DNA of 64,000 nucleotides, taken from contig CM022677.1 of assembly GCA_012295275.1 (NCBI GenBank), positions 6,138,001-6,202,000 of the forward strand, read 5' to 3'. The DNA comes from Chrysomallon squamiferum. Taxonomy: Eukaryota > Animalia > Mollusca. The notes below the pieces were generated by a model. That model did no database searches. It saw only the letters and a list, made by a program, of their open reading frames with translations, and had not been told where the DNA came from. Shown here piece after piece: positions 51,060-64,000 of this stretch. The position numbers and the translations under genes are program-made. Each line of letters begins with the position of its first letter. The stretch's first letter is position 1.

Positions 51060-52324
51060 ATGATATAAAATGCAGTTATGATACAAGATTCTAACATCTG
51101 TTACAAAATGCAACTTCCTACATTAAATCAAATTAAACTTTATTAGGTTTAGAATAATAAGAAAAGAAACTCAAATTCACATGTTCAGTATTTTTTCTCT
51201 TTTCCAATGGCAGCAGTACAAACTTTATCCTCAGTGCTGGACAGCATCTTCTGCTGAAACAACTTCACTAGACAACATCTGCACATCAGTTAGAGCTGTA
51301 TGTGCATACTGAAAATAAAAGTACAAATGAAATAATGAAAATAATAAAGTGTTATAAACAAATAACTAATATATTATTAAAATATATATGATATTATTAA
51401 AATTTAAATTCTACTGGTACCAGTTACTGGATTATTCAGACAAAGAGGTGTGGGATATTTTTGATATACTTTGATATACATGATAATAATGATAATGGCA
51501 ATAATTTTAAAAAGTAACAAAACTATAGCAAATAAATGATTATTACAATCAGTAAAGAGTTATTACTATAAAACTTATTTTACTTCCTAAGAAGTAAAAA
51601 TAAGATAAAAACTTACAACTTGGAATTGTGCAGTATGCAGTGTCTGTACAGCTGATTCATCCTTCTCCTTAACATAAATTCCCTTTCTAGACAGCAACTG
51701 AACAATACTGCCATGACCTACATAAAATATTTTTGTGATGATGAAGTAGGGGACAGGGACCTGGGTGCATTGGTACCACTCTAAATCAGGTACAGGACTA
51801 GCCCGGTCATTTGAATTGTCAATATGGTGAGACATCACTCTCATGAATGTTGCCTTCCAGAGAATCATCTTGTTCTGCTGCAGCTACAGCCTCTGTTTTC
51901 TTTATCTTCTCATCCAGCTTCATTCTCAGAGCAGCAAGCTCAGACGTCACCTAATGCTCAACTTCCTGACTGTTGTCTTTGCACACTGCCAATCCAGTCA
52001 TCTATCAAGTTGTTTTGTTTGGCAGCGTAGCAGATGAAGTGTTTTTACCAGCATCAGCTTGTTTTCACAAGAACACAGACTTCAATTGCACTCTGCTCTT
52101 TCCTTCTTGTTCCTGTCTATGCTGAATGTAAACCATCGATATATCATATTGTAGCACTTGCACTCTACAGAGTGGGTCTGGTCAATGATTGTGTAGCTGG
52201 ATAAGATATGTATAAAATATTTCACTCATATCTGATTTTTCATAGAAAATTCTTTAAATTCATTTGGAACATTTTCTCCTTATACTTTCTGCAATATCCA
52301 TGCCAATGATGATTTTAATTGGTC
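49732..52324 (-). pseudogene. CAMSAP: CAMSAP/patronin-family pseudogene, rearranged
   Basis: Exon 52230-52324 LKSSLAWILQKV*GENVPNEFKE.FYEKSD, exon 51617-51717 GHGSIVQLLSRKGIYVKEKDESAV, exon 51181-51308 AHTALTDVQML..DKV, ~50334-50620 MLKPGKEK, and 51836-51945 SELAALRMKLDEK..WKATFMRVM. These parallel CAMSAP1 motifs LQWICAKAYGRDNIPEDLRDPFY, GHQSVIQALSRKGIYV, AHMAMVDALM, LKPAKEK and the CC1 coil LEEKRRAIE..GKAAFL. Stops and frameshifts are present. Confidence 0.82.
50988..51057. repeat. (GA)n microsatellite
   Basis: About 35 perfect GA units. Confidence 0.97.
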
Positions 52325-52785
52325 CTGGAAAACATCAAAAATAAATAAATATTAGTAATGAAATGAAAAAGCAAATGAATAATAATAATAAAGACCTTAT
52401 ACATTCAAGGGTTTATATTGTATGAGTTGAACATTTTGTAATACATATAGGTGTCATGAAGCAATTAATGTCAACCAGGTACATTATCTGTAGATACAGA
52501 TGTAAATAGTTTTGGATGCCATAGTATTAGTCATATTATCTGCATAAGACACCTACTTCAAAAAATAATCATATCAATAAACAAGTATTAGTAATGATAA
52601 GAAAAAGAAAATAAATAATAATAAAGATTAAAAAAATAATAATAACAAATTTAACACAATAATAACAAAAAATAAGAAGATAAAAAAGAAGGAAGTAGAA
52701 CAAAACAAAATGTAAATAAATTAAAATTGACAATTAAGAAAAAGAAGGGAAACAAAGAACAGTTATCACTGAGGATAACAAATTA

Positions 52786-52822
<37 letters not shown>

Positions 52823-53156
52823 AATATTATTATAACAAGTGATTTTATTAATATTTTACAGTGACTAAATATGAAATAACCTGGTCATATTTTTCTTAAA
52901 TTTTTATTTATCTTTATTAGTTTTTAATGTTAACATAGTTATAAAATTATTTAGCTTAAATAATGAAACCAGTTATGGCCCCATCCATTATAACCTTTAA
53001 TATGTTTAAAAAAATCAATTAAATATGTTTAATAATGTATAGAGGATGAATTTAACATGAATTTAAAAAAAAAGAAAATCATAAAAAAACTGACAGAAAA
53101 CATGTGAAACAAAATTAGCATATGTTTTTAAAAAGTTTTATTAGTTTATTTCAAAA

Positions 53157-53212
<56 letters not shown>

Positions 53213-53475
53213 TAATTAATTAATAAATAAATCCTTTGACAGTCGACACATAGTTGTCGTGTGATGTGTGCTACACAAGTCAATTTATTTTTAAACAAAT
53301 TTAATTACTGGTCACACACAATTTGCACCCGATATATCATACAGTGATTGGTAAAACAAAATTAAAGACTAAACATGATTTCTTATTTACATGACGTTGT
53401 TTATGCTGTTCACATTAGTACAACCACTGGTGAATTTTATTACTAATCGAGTGTCGTTATTTGCAAAAAAAAAAA

Positions 53476-53518
<43 letters not shown>

Positions 53519-53543
53519 ATATTATTCCAAAATAAGATGGCTG

Positions 53544-53743
53544 NNNNNNNNNNNNNNNNNNNNNNNNNNNNNNNNNNNNNNNNNNNNNNNNNNNNNNNNN
53601 NNNNNNNNNNNNNNNNNNNNNNNNNNNNNNNNNNNNNNNNNNNNNNNNNNNNNNNNNNNNNNNNNNNNNNNNNNNNNNNNNNNNNNNNNNNNNNNNNNNN
53701 NNNNNNNNNNNNNNNNNNNNNNNNNNNNNNNNNNNNNNNNNNN
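53544..53743. other. Assembly gap (200 N)
   Basis: Run of 200 N. Confidence 1.
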
Positions 53744-56714
53744 TTGTTTTCACATCAGTGTTTACAATAATGTGTTCAAATTTTTGGTAGAGATGTTCAT
53801 TGCATTTGTAACAGTTCATTCAAATTTATCTTTAAAATGCATTAATAATGAATAACAAAGCAAAAACAGAAAATGAAAAAAATTATTTTAATAAATATCA
53901 ACATTAGTAATTATAACATCTAAACAACCAGTGTAAGTTAAATAGATATTTCTCTGTACAGAAGACAGCAGGTACAGATCTAGGCTGTGGTGTGTTAACA
54001 TATTTGTGTGATGAGAAAATATCAAAAATGTTCTCTTGCTCCTCTACCATATAACACTTTCCTTTTTTCGCCTGAAATAAAAAATAAACAGTTACCAAGT
54101 AAAATTTCTCAAACAGATTGTCATAGAATTTTATGTTATTTTAAAAGAATGAGAAAGAGAGACAAAGCAAGAAAGGTATAATGAGAGAGAGAAAAAAATA
54201 AGGAAGATGATCAAAGAGAAAGAAAAAAACAAGTGAAACATAAAAAGTACAAAAACCCAACAACATTCAACGAAATAAAATAAAATTTTAGTGAACTATT
54301 GAACACACACACACACACACACACTCACAAATGTATACACACATTTTAAAGTTTTTATGGTTAATCTTTAAATTAACAGGCTCAGAAATCACATCCTGGC
54401 CTTAAATAAATGATAACTGTGATTACCACAAACACCTCTTATAAAAACACTTCAGTGAAAACAACAAAGATAAAGATACCTGAAAACAAAAATCTAATAA
54501 AAATATTATTTCCTTTATAAACTTTGGTCTGTGTATTTTATCAGAACATAAATATCAGTATCAGAGAATTAACAGCATATTTTATCATGTTATTCTTTAT
54601 CAGAAAATGTTGAATAGAGTATTAAAAGAAATCATACAAACAGGATGGTAGAAAGTATTATTGTCTATATCAGAACACTGGATAGAGACAACAATCATCA
54701 GTTAAGTTGTATGGTTGAAATTATCATTCTTTGTATAAGAAAATTTTCTATAGAGCATTTTTAAAATCATTTTCTATGAAGTAGAATTGCCATTTATTCA
54801 TTCATTCATTCGTATAGTTTGTAAAAACAAAGGTTATCCAAAATCTAAGTTATTTAAAGATAAGCTTTCATCCCTGTCCATTTCACAAAAAGAACTGACA
54901 TAATTTTATGAGCACATGATACCAATACACATAATTACAAACGAAAGAATACATTTTTTAATTTTTAATTATTTTTTTTATCTGTTACCATTATTTTATT
55001 ATTTTTTATTTATTTATTTATTTATTTATTTGTTTTTGTTATATGTGAGCCTTTCATTATGCATCAAGGCAAAAACAAACTACTTTCTTTAAACCTAGGT
55101 ATCATAATTATGCAAACACACTTTATGAACAGGGAAAGTACCATGAAAGAAAGACAGTGAAAGAGAGAATCAGAGATAGTGAGAGAGAAATAAAAATATT
55201 ACGACATCATCATACCTGACTTTTGCCTCCTGTTCTGTACTTTTAACATCATCAACTTTTATGTTAATTTTTGACACTATCATTGGTTGTCCAAATACCT
55301 AGATAACAATAAACACATTTTTTTTAATTATTCATAATAATCATTGTTAGTGTTAAGCAACAGTGTTACAGTTGGGAGAAATATTTACAGAAAAAATTGT
55401 CAAATCAGATAGATATTTACAGATTCTATGTTTAGACATACATAGACTTAGATAGACATAGGTAGATATGTAGATAAACAAGCAAAGTTACATAAAGTCA
55501 CAGCTTAAAGACAGACAGACAAAATATTACAAGTCTTTGAATCAATCAGTGTTATAAAAGAAACAACCAAGAATAAACAATAGAATTAATCTCATTAAGA
55601 TAGATATTTAATCATGTTAATCATTTTATATTTATTAAGCTCTCTTGCTCCTCTCTCTTTCTCTCTCTCTCACACACACACACACACACTATATTAATAA
55701 CTATTTTCTCGTTCTTTTATTTGTAAATACATACATAGACTGTATTCAAACAAAATACATTTGTAAGTATGTGTGTGTATTTGATATAATAAAATCAGTG
55801 TATCTATTTGTAATGAAAATAAAGTTAATAAAAATAATGTAGTTCTAATAATATTTTAAAACTTTTTATCCAAAAATTACACTGGCTCATATATATGTAC
55901 ATATATTCACAAACACACACAGACACAAACTATAACTGAAAAAAAATAATTTCGTACACAGAATACAACAAATACAGATAGACAGATAGCTGTGAACTGT
56001 TATTACTGCACTACTACATACTATATAATCACTCACCATGACTTTCTGCGAGAATGGCTGGCCAGTGCAACATATTACCCAGCATTCCTAGAGGAAGATA
56101 AATAAATTAATAAATAAATGAGATGACAAATTTCAATAAATAAGAACCATATAAATGATAAAATAAAAAATAACTCTAACTGTTTACCAGGATGTCCTCC
56201 AAGTGCTGTCAGTTTAATCAGGAAGCTAATGAGTTTCCACCAGTATTCAAGCTCTATCACTCAGAGTTGTGTCCCTTGGTGGTATAAACAAAGACTAAGG
56301 ACAGATTCAATCTTAAATTTAAATAAAACAGGCCTGAGTATTTTGTACAAAACATTTAAATGTATAAACTGATAACCAAATATCTTAACACATACACACT
56401 ACTATCTGAATAGTGACAATTATCACTATTGCTGTCACACACACACTACTGAATAGTGACAATTATCACTTGCTGATACACACACACTACTATCTGAGTA
56501 GTGACAATTATCACTATTGCTGATACACATTCACACTTAATTCTATCCCATCCTGTCAAATCCCATGTACCGGCCACAGAGGAATAAAAAAACAAGTTCA
56601 ATTTGTGTATTTGTGTATTTGTATTATTCAAGCATATATTCAGAGATAGTATTCTTCAAAGTTCAAACACTATATTCAGGGATACAGTGTTCAGATATAC
56701 TATGATCAACCGAG

Positions 56715-56925
56715 TCACAATTGCACAATGTAAAACTGGTTCAACAAACCAGGGCAAGAGGAGAACGTCCTGTCCATGTAGATCGTCTCAGCTGTCTGTA
56801 GATCTTAGCTGATCATCAGTTGAGAACTCCACCATTTTGTCAGCATCTCCATCCGAGAACAAGAGGAAGCGCTTCCCATCTTGTGTTTGTGTCCAGGGTG
56901 CTTGTAGGTGCAGCACTCTCTGGAG
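56715..56925 (-). mobile_element. MULE transposase fragment (duplicate)
   Basis: LHLQAPWTQTQDGKRFLLFSDGDADKMVEFSTDDQL..ETIYMDRTFSSCPGLLNQFYIVQ. Paralog of 41310-41515. Confidence 0.82.
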
Positions 56926-58873
56926 GCAAAACAAAACAATGTAAAACAAAGGAAGATTAACAATTTTCAAAAAAAGATAGCACAAGATTTGATTGTTTTT
57001 AAGTGACAGAGAAGATTGGATTAATAGGCTAGACAAAACAATTTATGAAACAAAGAAGGATAAAAAAAATTTCAAGAAATATAAGGTCACTCAAGACAAA
57101 ACAAACAATACATTTACCATATTGGATTAACCCATTCAGCAGCGAGGTAGGCTCAGGTTGTTGTTTCAGTATTAATTTTGACAAAATGGGATTCTACAAG
57201 ATGGGACGACACCACACACACGTACACACTATTTGAGTAGCAATTACAACTGTTGCTGATACACTCACACACAAACACACGCTATTTTCTGAGTACTATT
57301 ACTGACATACATACACATACACTCACACCCTCACACACACACACACACACACTCTGTTGCTGATAAAAACATTCACTCTGACACACATACACACACTATT
57401 ATCTGAGAAGTAATTATCACTATTGCTAATACACACACACTCAAACATACTATTATCTGAATAGCAAGTATCACTATTGCTGATACACTCACATACACTT
57501 ATCTGAGTAGCAATTATCACTATTGCTGATACACACTACTATCTGAGTAGCAAGAATCACTATTGCTGTCACTCACACACACAGACACATACATTATTAT
57601 CTAAGTAACAATTATCACTGTTGCTGGTTCACTCATACACACACAGGAACACACACACACACACACTATTATCCGAGTAGTAGCAATTATCACTATTATT
57701 GATAAACACACTCACACAAACACTGTTATCAGAGTATCAGTTATCACTATTGCTGATACACACACACACACTATTATCTGAGTAGTAGCAATTAACAATA
57801 TTGCTGATACACACACACACACTCACTCTCAGGAACATAAATATATATAAAGCTAAAATAACAAAATTAATTATAAAAGGCAGAAAGAGACTCAGAGACA
57901 GAGTAAGAGAGATGTAGATATATCTATCTAGATAGATAGATAGATAGATATAATTATTTAAAAACATTTACAAAATTAAAATCAGTAACGATTACTTTTA
58001 ATGAATCAAATGGCTACTACTGACCACAAATGGCTTTCACTACATCTGTACCAGCTGTTCTCAACCCATCTAAGTTAATGGTTGCTAGCTGAGTCAGGTA
58101 ATTGTCCAAAAGTACTAGAGTTTAGTTTCGCTTTTCTTAAACTGACATATTTCAAGTTTGTAAATTTCTCTGTGGACAGTTTCTTTGCAAGTCCATCAAC
58201 TTCATTCATGCCGTATGTCAGACTTGCAACAGAACTTTGTTTAGATTCATCTTGATAAAAAATGAAAACAAAGAAAGAAAAATCATTCATCTTTCAGATA
58301 CATATACCACAACATATACTGAAATACACATAGAAAAAGCTAGCAAACACACATACACAGACAGACAGAAACTCAGAAACACACCAACTAACCCTAAATA
58401 CCAACAACAGATGACAAATACACTGAGATGCCAGACACAGACACAAATAGAATGACAAAGAATGAATGAGAAAGAAAATTATGAGAGTGTTAAGTATAAT
58501 GAGGTTGATAGTTATGGATAAAGAAAAAATAGAAAAGAAAAATATACAGAGAGAAAGTATGTGTAGGAGTAAAAAAAAAAAAAAAGAGAGAGAGAGAGAG
58601 ATAATTTTTTCATGAACATGAGAAAAAAGGAAATTAGCAGTTTTTACATACCTAATAAACAACTGGAGTTCAGACTTAATTCCTGCAGAGAACTTGTATC
58701 TGGTTTGGATTCTGGAATATCTGAAGTAAATGAAAAATAATATCAAGAAACTTTGCAACTGTATTTTAACTATCAGCAGAAAAAGAAAAAAACAAAAAGA
58801 AGAAAAAATATAATAATGAGAAATTTGTCAAATCTAAATAGTTAGAAAATATACGTGTTTGTGTGTATATTTG

Positions 58874-58937
<64 letters not shown>

Positions 58938-59019
58938 GAGCGAGAGAGAGAGAGAGAGAGAGATTAATACGATATAATATACAAATCTAAATTAACCATC
59001 AACACTAAGTGTTTGGTTG

Positions 59020-62000
59020 TTAATGTTTGCATCATTCAGATGAAAAGCTGATTGAAAACAGCAGACAAAAACTGAAGCGCAAATACACATCATCGTCAAA
59101 ACAACTAAAATAAACAAAAATCAAAATGGAAAAGAAATATATTTCGAAATAGATACAAAATCATTAAAAACTATAGGTCCCAGCATAACTATCTGGGATG
59201 AAGTATTTACTGGCAGGGTTTTACCCCTGTTGACACCAAACAAAGAAAACACCCACACCACAACCCAGAAAAACACTGCTCACACAACAGCAGCCAAAAC
59301 AAACACTCATTACACAACAACAACCAAAACGAACACTCATTACACAACAACAGCAGCCAAAACAAACACTCATTACACAACAACCCAAACAACAAAAACA
59401 AAGAAACAACAATTCACAAATACATCTCCAAAGATTTGTGTTTTTATTACCCGTATGCGGACAAGCATGATTTCTTTGAGATGTTCAACAAAGAAGTAAT
59501 ACAACAAACAAAAGCTAAATTAGTCGCTGTGTAAATGTGGAAAAATCCAAGCTACTGGACCAAGCTGACATTTAGCAGCAAGTTAACAAACACAACCATC
59601 ACTGTTCATGGGTACAGATACACACTGACAGAAATGAGGCTGCAGTTGCCCTTGTGTGGACACTGTCAGAAATGGGGGCACATCACAAACCAGTGCCCCC
59701 ACAGTCACAACCAGAAATCACTAATGTGCAGTTTCTGCAGTGGAAATCACCACAGAAACTCAGGTCAATGCTGTTCTCTAGCAAAGTGCGCGACGTGCCA
59801 GGGTCCACACTCATCACATTACAAAATGTGCCCATCAAAAATTACTGCCAGCAACAACTTTGAACACAACAGAAGAGAAAACAAAATTCTACAAAACGTT
59901 AATAAAAAATGCATAAATATCAAACGAAAAAACAAAACCATCATTGAAAAAATCAACCACCACAACAACAAACCAAAAGACAATCTGGACAAGGAGGTCA
60001 GAATTGCAGAAATACACAAAATTATTGTCTGCCTCCTCATCGAACTTCAAAACATTAGAAACAATCAAGGAAACATCACTGTTGACTCCAATTTGGAGCA
60101 CACAGTAGCCAAATAATCAAAGACAGCTTGGGCTTCAAGATCTCCACAGACGACAAAAGACTTAAACTACACACAGACAAGAGAAATCCCACAAACACAA
60201 AACAACAGTGAACAAAAGAAACACTAAACAGTACCAACAATTTACACACTCTTCACAACAAGCACACAATAACACAGACCTCTCCACTCTTCACAACAAG
60301 CACATAATAACACAGACCTCTCCACTCTTCACAACAAGAACACAATAACACAGACCTCTCCACTCTTCACAACAAGAACACAATAACACAGACCTCTCCA
60401 CTCTTCACAACAAGCACACAATAACACAGACCTCTCCACTCTTCACAACAAGCACATAATAACACAGACCTCTCCACTCTTCACAACAAGAACACAATAA
60501 CACAGACCTCTCCACTCTTCACAACAAGAACACAATAACACAGACCTCTCCACTCTTCACAACAAGAACACAATAACACAGACCTCTCCACTCTTCACAA
60601 CAAGCACACAATAACACAGACCTCTCCACTCTTCACAACAAGCACACAATAACACAGACCTCTCCACTCTTCACAACAAGCACACAATAACACAGGCCTC
60701 TCCACTCTTTACAACAAGCACACAATAACACAGACCTCTCCACTCTTCACAACAAGAACACAATAACACAGACCTCTCCACTCTTCACAACAAGAACACA
60801 ATAACACAGACCTCTCCACTCTTCACAACAAAAACACAATAACCTCTCCACTCTTCACAACAAGTACACAATAACCTCTCCACTCTTCACAACAAGCACA
60901 CAATAACACAGACCTCTCCACTCTTCACAACAAGAACACAATAACACAGACCTCTCCACTCTTCACAACAAGCACACAATAACACAGACCTCTCCACTCT
61001 TCACAACAAGAACACAATAACACAGACCTCTCCACTCTTCACAACAAAAACACAATAACCTCTCCACTCTTCACAACAAGTACACAATAACCTCTCCACT
61101 CTTCACAACAAGCACACAATAACACAGACCTCTCCACTCTTCACAACAAGAACACAATAACACAGACCTCTCCACTCTTCACAACAAGCACACAATAACA
61201 CAGACCTCTCCACTCTTCACAACAAGCACACAATAACACAGGCCTCTCCACTCTTCAGCTAAACACCTCCACTCAGCAGGCCACGGAGACAAACTCGTAC
61301 ACTTCCTGGCCTCCACTCAAAACACACCAAACGTAATATGCATGGCTAGGACATTACAACAAAAACAACAAAACAACAAAAGCCTCATTCAAGTGGGCAA
61401 TTTCAACTGTCACAACACCTTATGGGGTGGCTCGACACACGACAGTCCTGGAATCGTCCTCGTAAACTTCATAGAGCAAAACCAGCTGTTCTGTCTGAAT
61501 GACGGAACATTCACATACAGTAGCGACATCAATGGTGGCCAATCTGCCATTGATCTAACATTCACAAAGTAAGGACATCACAGTGCTCTGCGAGTGGCAA
61601 GTGCTCAATCAATTGACAGCGACCATCACCAAATACTCACCAACTACAACAGCAAGAACACTTTCTCGGATAGATCCATTTTCACATCCAAATGGAACTT
61701 CAAGAAAGCGGACTGGGAAGGCTTCTACAAAGCATGCAGAAACATCACCACAGAGAACCCCAACCACATCAGCACCTACGGCACATCGCTCACCAACATG
61801 ATACACTCCACTGCCAACAGATTCATACCCAAAACCAGACAATGCACCAGCAAAATATCCACTCCCTGGTGGACGGAATGCAGAGAAAAGAAATGCAAAG
61901 AAAGAAACAAATTCAGAAGACAATACAAAAAAGACAGAAATTATTCCACAGACGAAAAATACAAAATAGCAAAAAAAAGAAGTTTCCAACCTAATTCTCA

Positions 62001-64000
62001 GTGCAAAACAAGAACACTGGGAACTCTTTTGTAACAATATCGACCTCAAAACATCAGTCGAAGACATGTGGGCCAAAGTGAAAAACATCTGAGGCAAACA
62101 AAAAGCAGATCTACTCAGTGAAAATTTTGTCAAGTCCAGCAGCAACTCAAACTTCCTACTGAAATTCACAAAGAAACCACTGGACAACCCAACAATCAAC
62201 CAACCTTCCGCAGACACAGAACACTTGAACTACAATCAACTCTTCAACATCACCAAATTAAAACATACCCTCAAAAACAAGAAAAGTACAGCCACAGGGC
62301 CAGATAAAATAAGCTACACAATACTACAACACCTACCAGATGAAACATTACTCATTGTACTCGACCTCTACAACACAATATGGACTGCAGATAAGATTCC
62401 AACAAACTGGAAACACGCCGAATGTTTCAGCTTGCCCAAACCACACAAAGATCACTCACTACCCAACAGCTACAGGCTAATCATGCTGACGTCACACATG
62501 TGCAAAACACTGGAAACGAGGACCAACACACACCTAAACCAGCATCTAAACAACAATTTAATCAGCAAATATCAAAGCGGCTTCAGGAAGAAACACAGCA
62601 CAAACAACCGGATCACCTGTCTGCAAACATCAGTCAACCAATCTTTTAGGAAATCTAAAAAAGTCATCACAGTATTCCTAGACACTGAAAAAGCATTCGA
62701 CATGGTATGGAGGGAAGGACTGCTCATCAAATTAATCAACAACAACATCAAAGGCAACATGTTCAACTTCATTACAGACTTCATCAACAACAGATCCATA
62801 GCAGTCAAAGTGAACGGTCACACCTCAGAGAAAATGACAATCGAAAACGGCATCCCACAAGGATACGTGACCTCGCCAACACTATTTAACATCTACATCA
62901 ACGACATCGTCACAGCTCTCAACAAACAACACCAAAAATCCACCAACTGAACCAATAAACACAGCACTCTTTGCAGACGACTGCAACTTTTGATATGCAG
63001 ACGGAAACAAATACAAGAATACCTAAACAACATAAACGACAGGGTGTTGAAATGGGGAATAAGACTTCTCTTTCCAAAACGACATGCCTCCTTTTCAACA
63101 AAAAAACACACAACAACAAAATCACACTAAACATCAACAACAACGTCATTACACAAACCAAAACATTCAAATTTCTAGCCAACTCAACTTTGGATGCCAC
63201 ATACACAAAATAATTGCATCCTGCAAAAAAACACTCAATCTTCTAATTTCCGGAACCAGTTGGGGAGCAAACGAGTCAATGCTAATTTTGATATACAAAG
63301 CACGTATTCTCTCCCGAACACTCTTTAAAAAAACCTAAACGTAATTCAATCCGGCGCCCTCAGAGTGATCAGCCACCTGCCAAACACAACACCACCCGAC
63401 AGCCTCCTGTCGGAATACAGCATCCAACCACTAAAATACAGAAGAAATCTGCACTACTGAAATACAACCTGAAAATACACACACTCAACACAGACCACCC
63501 CGACAAGGATCTGGTCCCCGACCAACAAAGAATAGGGCAACCCTTTAAATCACATAGTCTACTTCTATCGAATTTCCTGACAACAGCCAGCAAAATCGAA
63601 AGGGAAACAGGAATATGGGAAATGCCACTGCTGGCATATCACAAAGAAACAAAACCAGCAATAAACACACCTTTCCTAATCAAAACAGAAACAGACAAAA
63701 CAGAGTTCCCACCCTTCAAAAACAACCACTACAAACAACACATACACATCGAAAAACACAAACAACGGGAGAGTAGGATTTGCCTTCATAACCCAAGATC
63801 ACACAAACAAACCCACATGCATACAATTCAGCCATATCAGAAATCACCTTTCAGCAAGCACAGCTGAATTGGTCGCCATCATCAGAGCCATGCTGTGGGT
63901 GAAACACAACAACAACAAACACACAGTCATATTCTCGGACAGCCTAAGTTCCGTCATCTCAGTACAATCCAGACATTCCAGCAGACCAGACCTACTCAGC
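59020..64000 (+). mobile_element. Degenerate I-group LINE, copy 2 (runs off window end)
   Basis: ORF1 with three CCHC-type knuckles (CGHCQKWGHITNQC, CSFCSGNHHRNSGQC, CATCQGPHSSHYKMC). APE with SAIDLTF..SDHH, 241-aa RT segment (62225-62950), and RNase H start AELVAIIRAMLWV..IFSDSLS. Confidence 0.94.
60247..61257. repeat. 38-bp minisatellite x~27 inside LINE copy 2
   Basis: Same unit as 44457-45107 but more homogeneous, with a 32-bp deletion variant repeated at ~60840/60875 and ~61060/61090. Confidence 0.97.

Overview
AT-rich, microsatellite-dense eukaryotic (invertebrate, probably mollusc/lophotrochozoan judging by the 5S sequence) genomic DNA made of three contigs joined by two 200-N scaffold gaps (29187-29386, 53544-53743). 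The only intact protein-coding gene I can support is an intronless, retrogene-like prolyl 4-hydroxylase alpha subunit (33490-34989, +). It has an inverted, internally deleted paralog at 5591-6130. The rest is a duplication and decay mosaic: the 3' part of a 5S rRNA gene; dead DNA transposons (a CxxH-type DDE transposase, Merlin/IS1595-like, MULE fragments, a pogo-type MITE); two copies of an RNase H-bearing I-group LINE with a minisatellite born at the ORF2 start; a multi-exon pseudogene with DEATH-fold-like segments; an exon-scrambled CAMSAP/patronin pseudogene; many minisatellites and a higher-order repeat. Almost all other ORFs in the track are simple-repeat artefacts. I found no evidence of a coherent new multi-gene system. 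The best leads are the divergent P4HA retrogene pair, the scrambled CAMSAP copy and the 5S-adjacent transposase. All identifications come from manual motif recognition, not database searches, and boundaries of degenerate features are approximate.
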